From NCBI RefSeq assembly GCF_964204645.1, contig NC_134032.1, positions 3,806,175-3,870,174 of the forward strand: DNA of 64,000 nucleotides, in the 5' to 3' direction. Source of the DNA: Tubulanus polymorphus. Lineage: Eukaryota; Animalia; Nemertea. The notes below the pieces were generated by a model. It did no database searches, was not told where the DNA came from, and saw only the letters and a program-made list of their open reading frames with translations. Below, piece after piece: positions 63,552 to 64,000 of this stretch (within the stretch, counting starts at the first letter, position 1; every line of letters begins with the position of its first letter). A program made the translations under genes and the position numbers.

Positions 63552-64000
63552 ATGGAAGCAAATAAGTACTACTGCCCAACATGTAATATCAATATAGATA
63601 AATCCCAAAAATCAAGACACAATAAAACTAAAACACATTTAGAGAATAAATTGAAACTAGAATATAAAGATGATATATTAGAAACTAAATTAGATGAATT
63701 AAAGAATGAAAAAGAAACATACAAATGTGATACATGTAATCAATCATTCAGTGATAAAAGATATTATAAAGAACATTTAAAATCTAATAGTCATATTAGA
63801 AATAAGAATAATGATATTTTAGGTGAAGATTATTTTGAAATAGATAATGATAAGAATCAGAAGACAATTAAAAGCATAAAAAATAAATTAAACAATAAAA
63901 GACCATACACGGAAGATGTAAGAAAATATATTAATTCATTTGATAATAAAAAAGATATAGAGATAACCGAAGCATTTAAAAGTGATATTGGCCCAGCAGC
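63552..64000 (+). CDS. AT-rich intronless ORF with two matrin/U1-type C2H2 zinc fingers, open to the window end; Polinton/adintovirus-like
   Basis: MEANKYYCPTCNINIDKSQKSRHNKTKTH...YKCDTCNQSFSDKRYYKEHLKSNSH...ITEAFKSDIGPA; 149 codons without a stop, K/N/D/E/I-rich. Missing from the ORF track because it has no stop in the window. Confidence 0.8.
   Translation, partial: MEANKYYCPTCNINIDKSQKSRHNKTKTHLENKLKLEYKDDILETKLDELKNEKETYKCDTCNQSFSDKRYYKEHLKSNSHIRNKNNDILGEDYFEIDNDKNQKTIKSIKNKLNNKRPYTEDVRKYINSFDNKKDIEITEAFKSDIGPA

Overview
This is eukaryotic, intron-containing, AT-rich animal DNA, not a prokaryotic window. GT-AG introns, LINE/LTR debris, intronless peptide-receptor-like GPCRs and the CAP-EGF architecture suggest a marine invertebrate, probably a lophotrochozoan (inference). 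Most short ORFs in the supplied track are noise, exon fragments or translated satellites. Content reconstructed by hand: (1) a small spliced gene at 1.0-3.0 kb built almost entirely of three RHIM/HET-s-like amyloid-signalling repeats, one with a VQIG core; (2) five intronless rhodopsin-family GPCR loci, two intact and three disrupted; (3) an 11-exon secreted CAP/SCP gene with an EGF-like module, a TTPAP mucin stalk and a highly cationic tail, lacking the usual CAP histidines; (4) a tandem cluster of four 3-exon calmodulin-like EF-hand genes, each with its own lesion, three followed by a 39-bp minisatellite related to a MITE terminus; (5) a decayed PAN/Apple-domain gene; (6) an extremely AT-rich, intronless zinc-finger ORF running off the right edge, absent from the ORF track and resembling Polinton/adintovirus-type genes. 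Mobile-element remnants are abundant: L2/CR1-type LINEs, BEL/Pao, a Penelope-like end with a hammerhead core, tRNA-SINE heads and Kolobok-like MITEs. All family assignments come from motif recognition by eye; no database searches were run.
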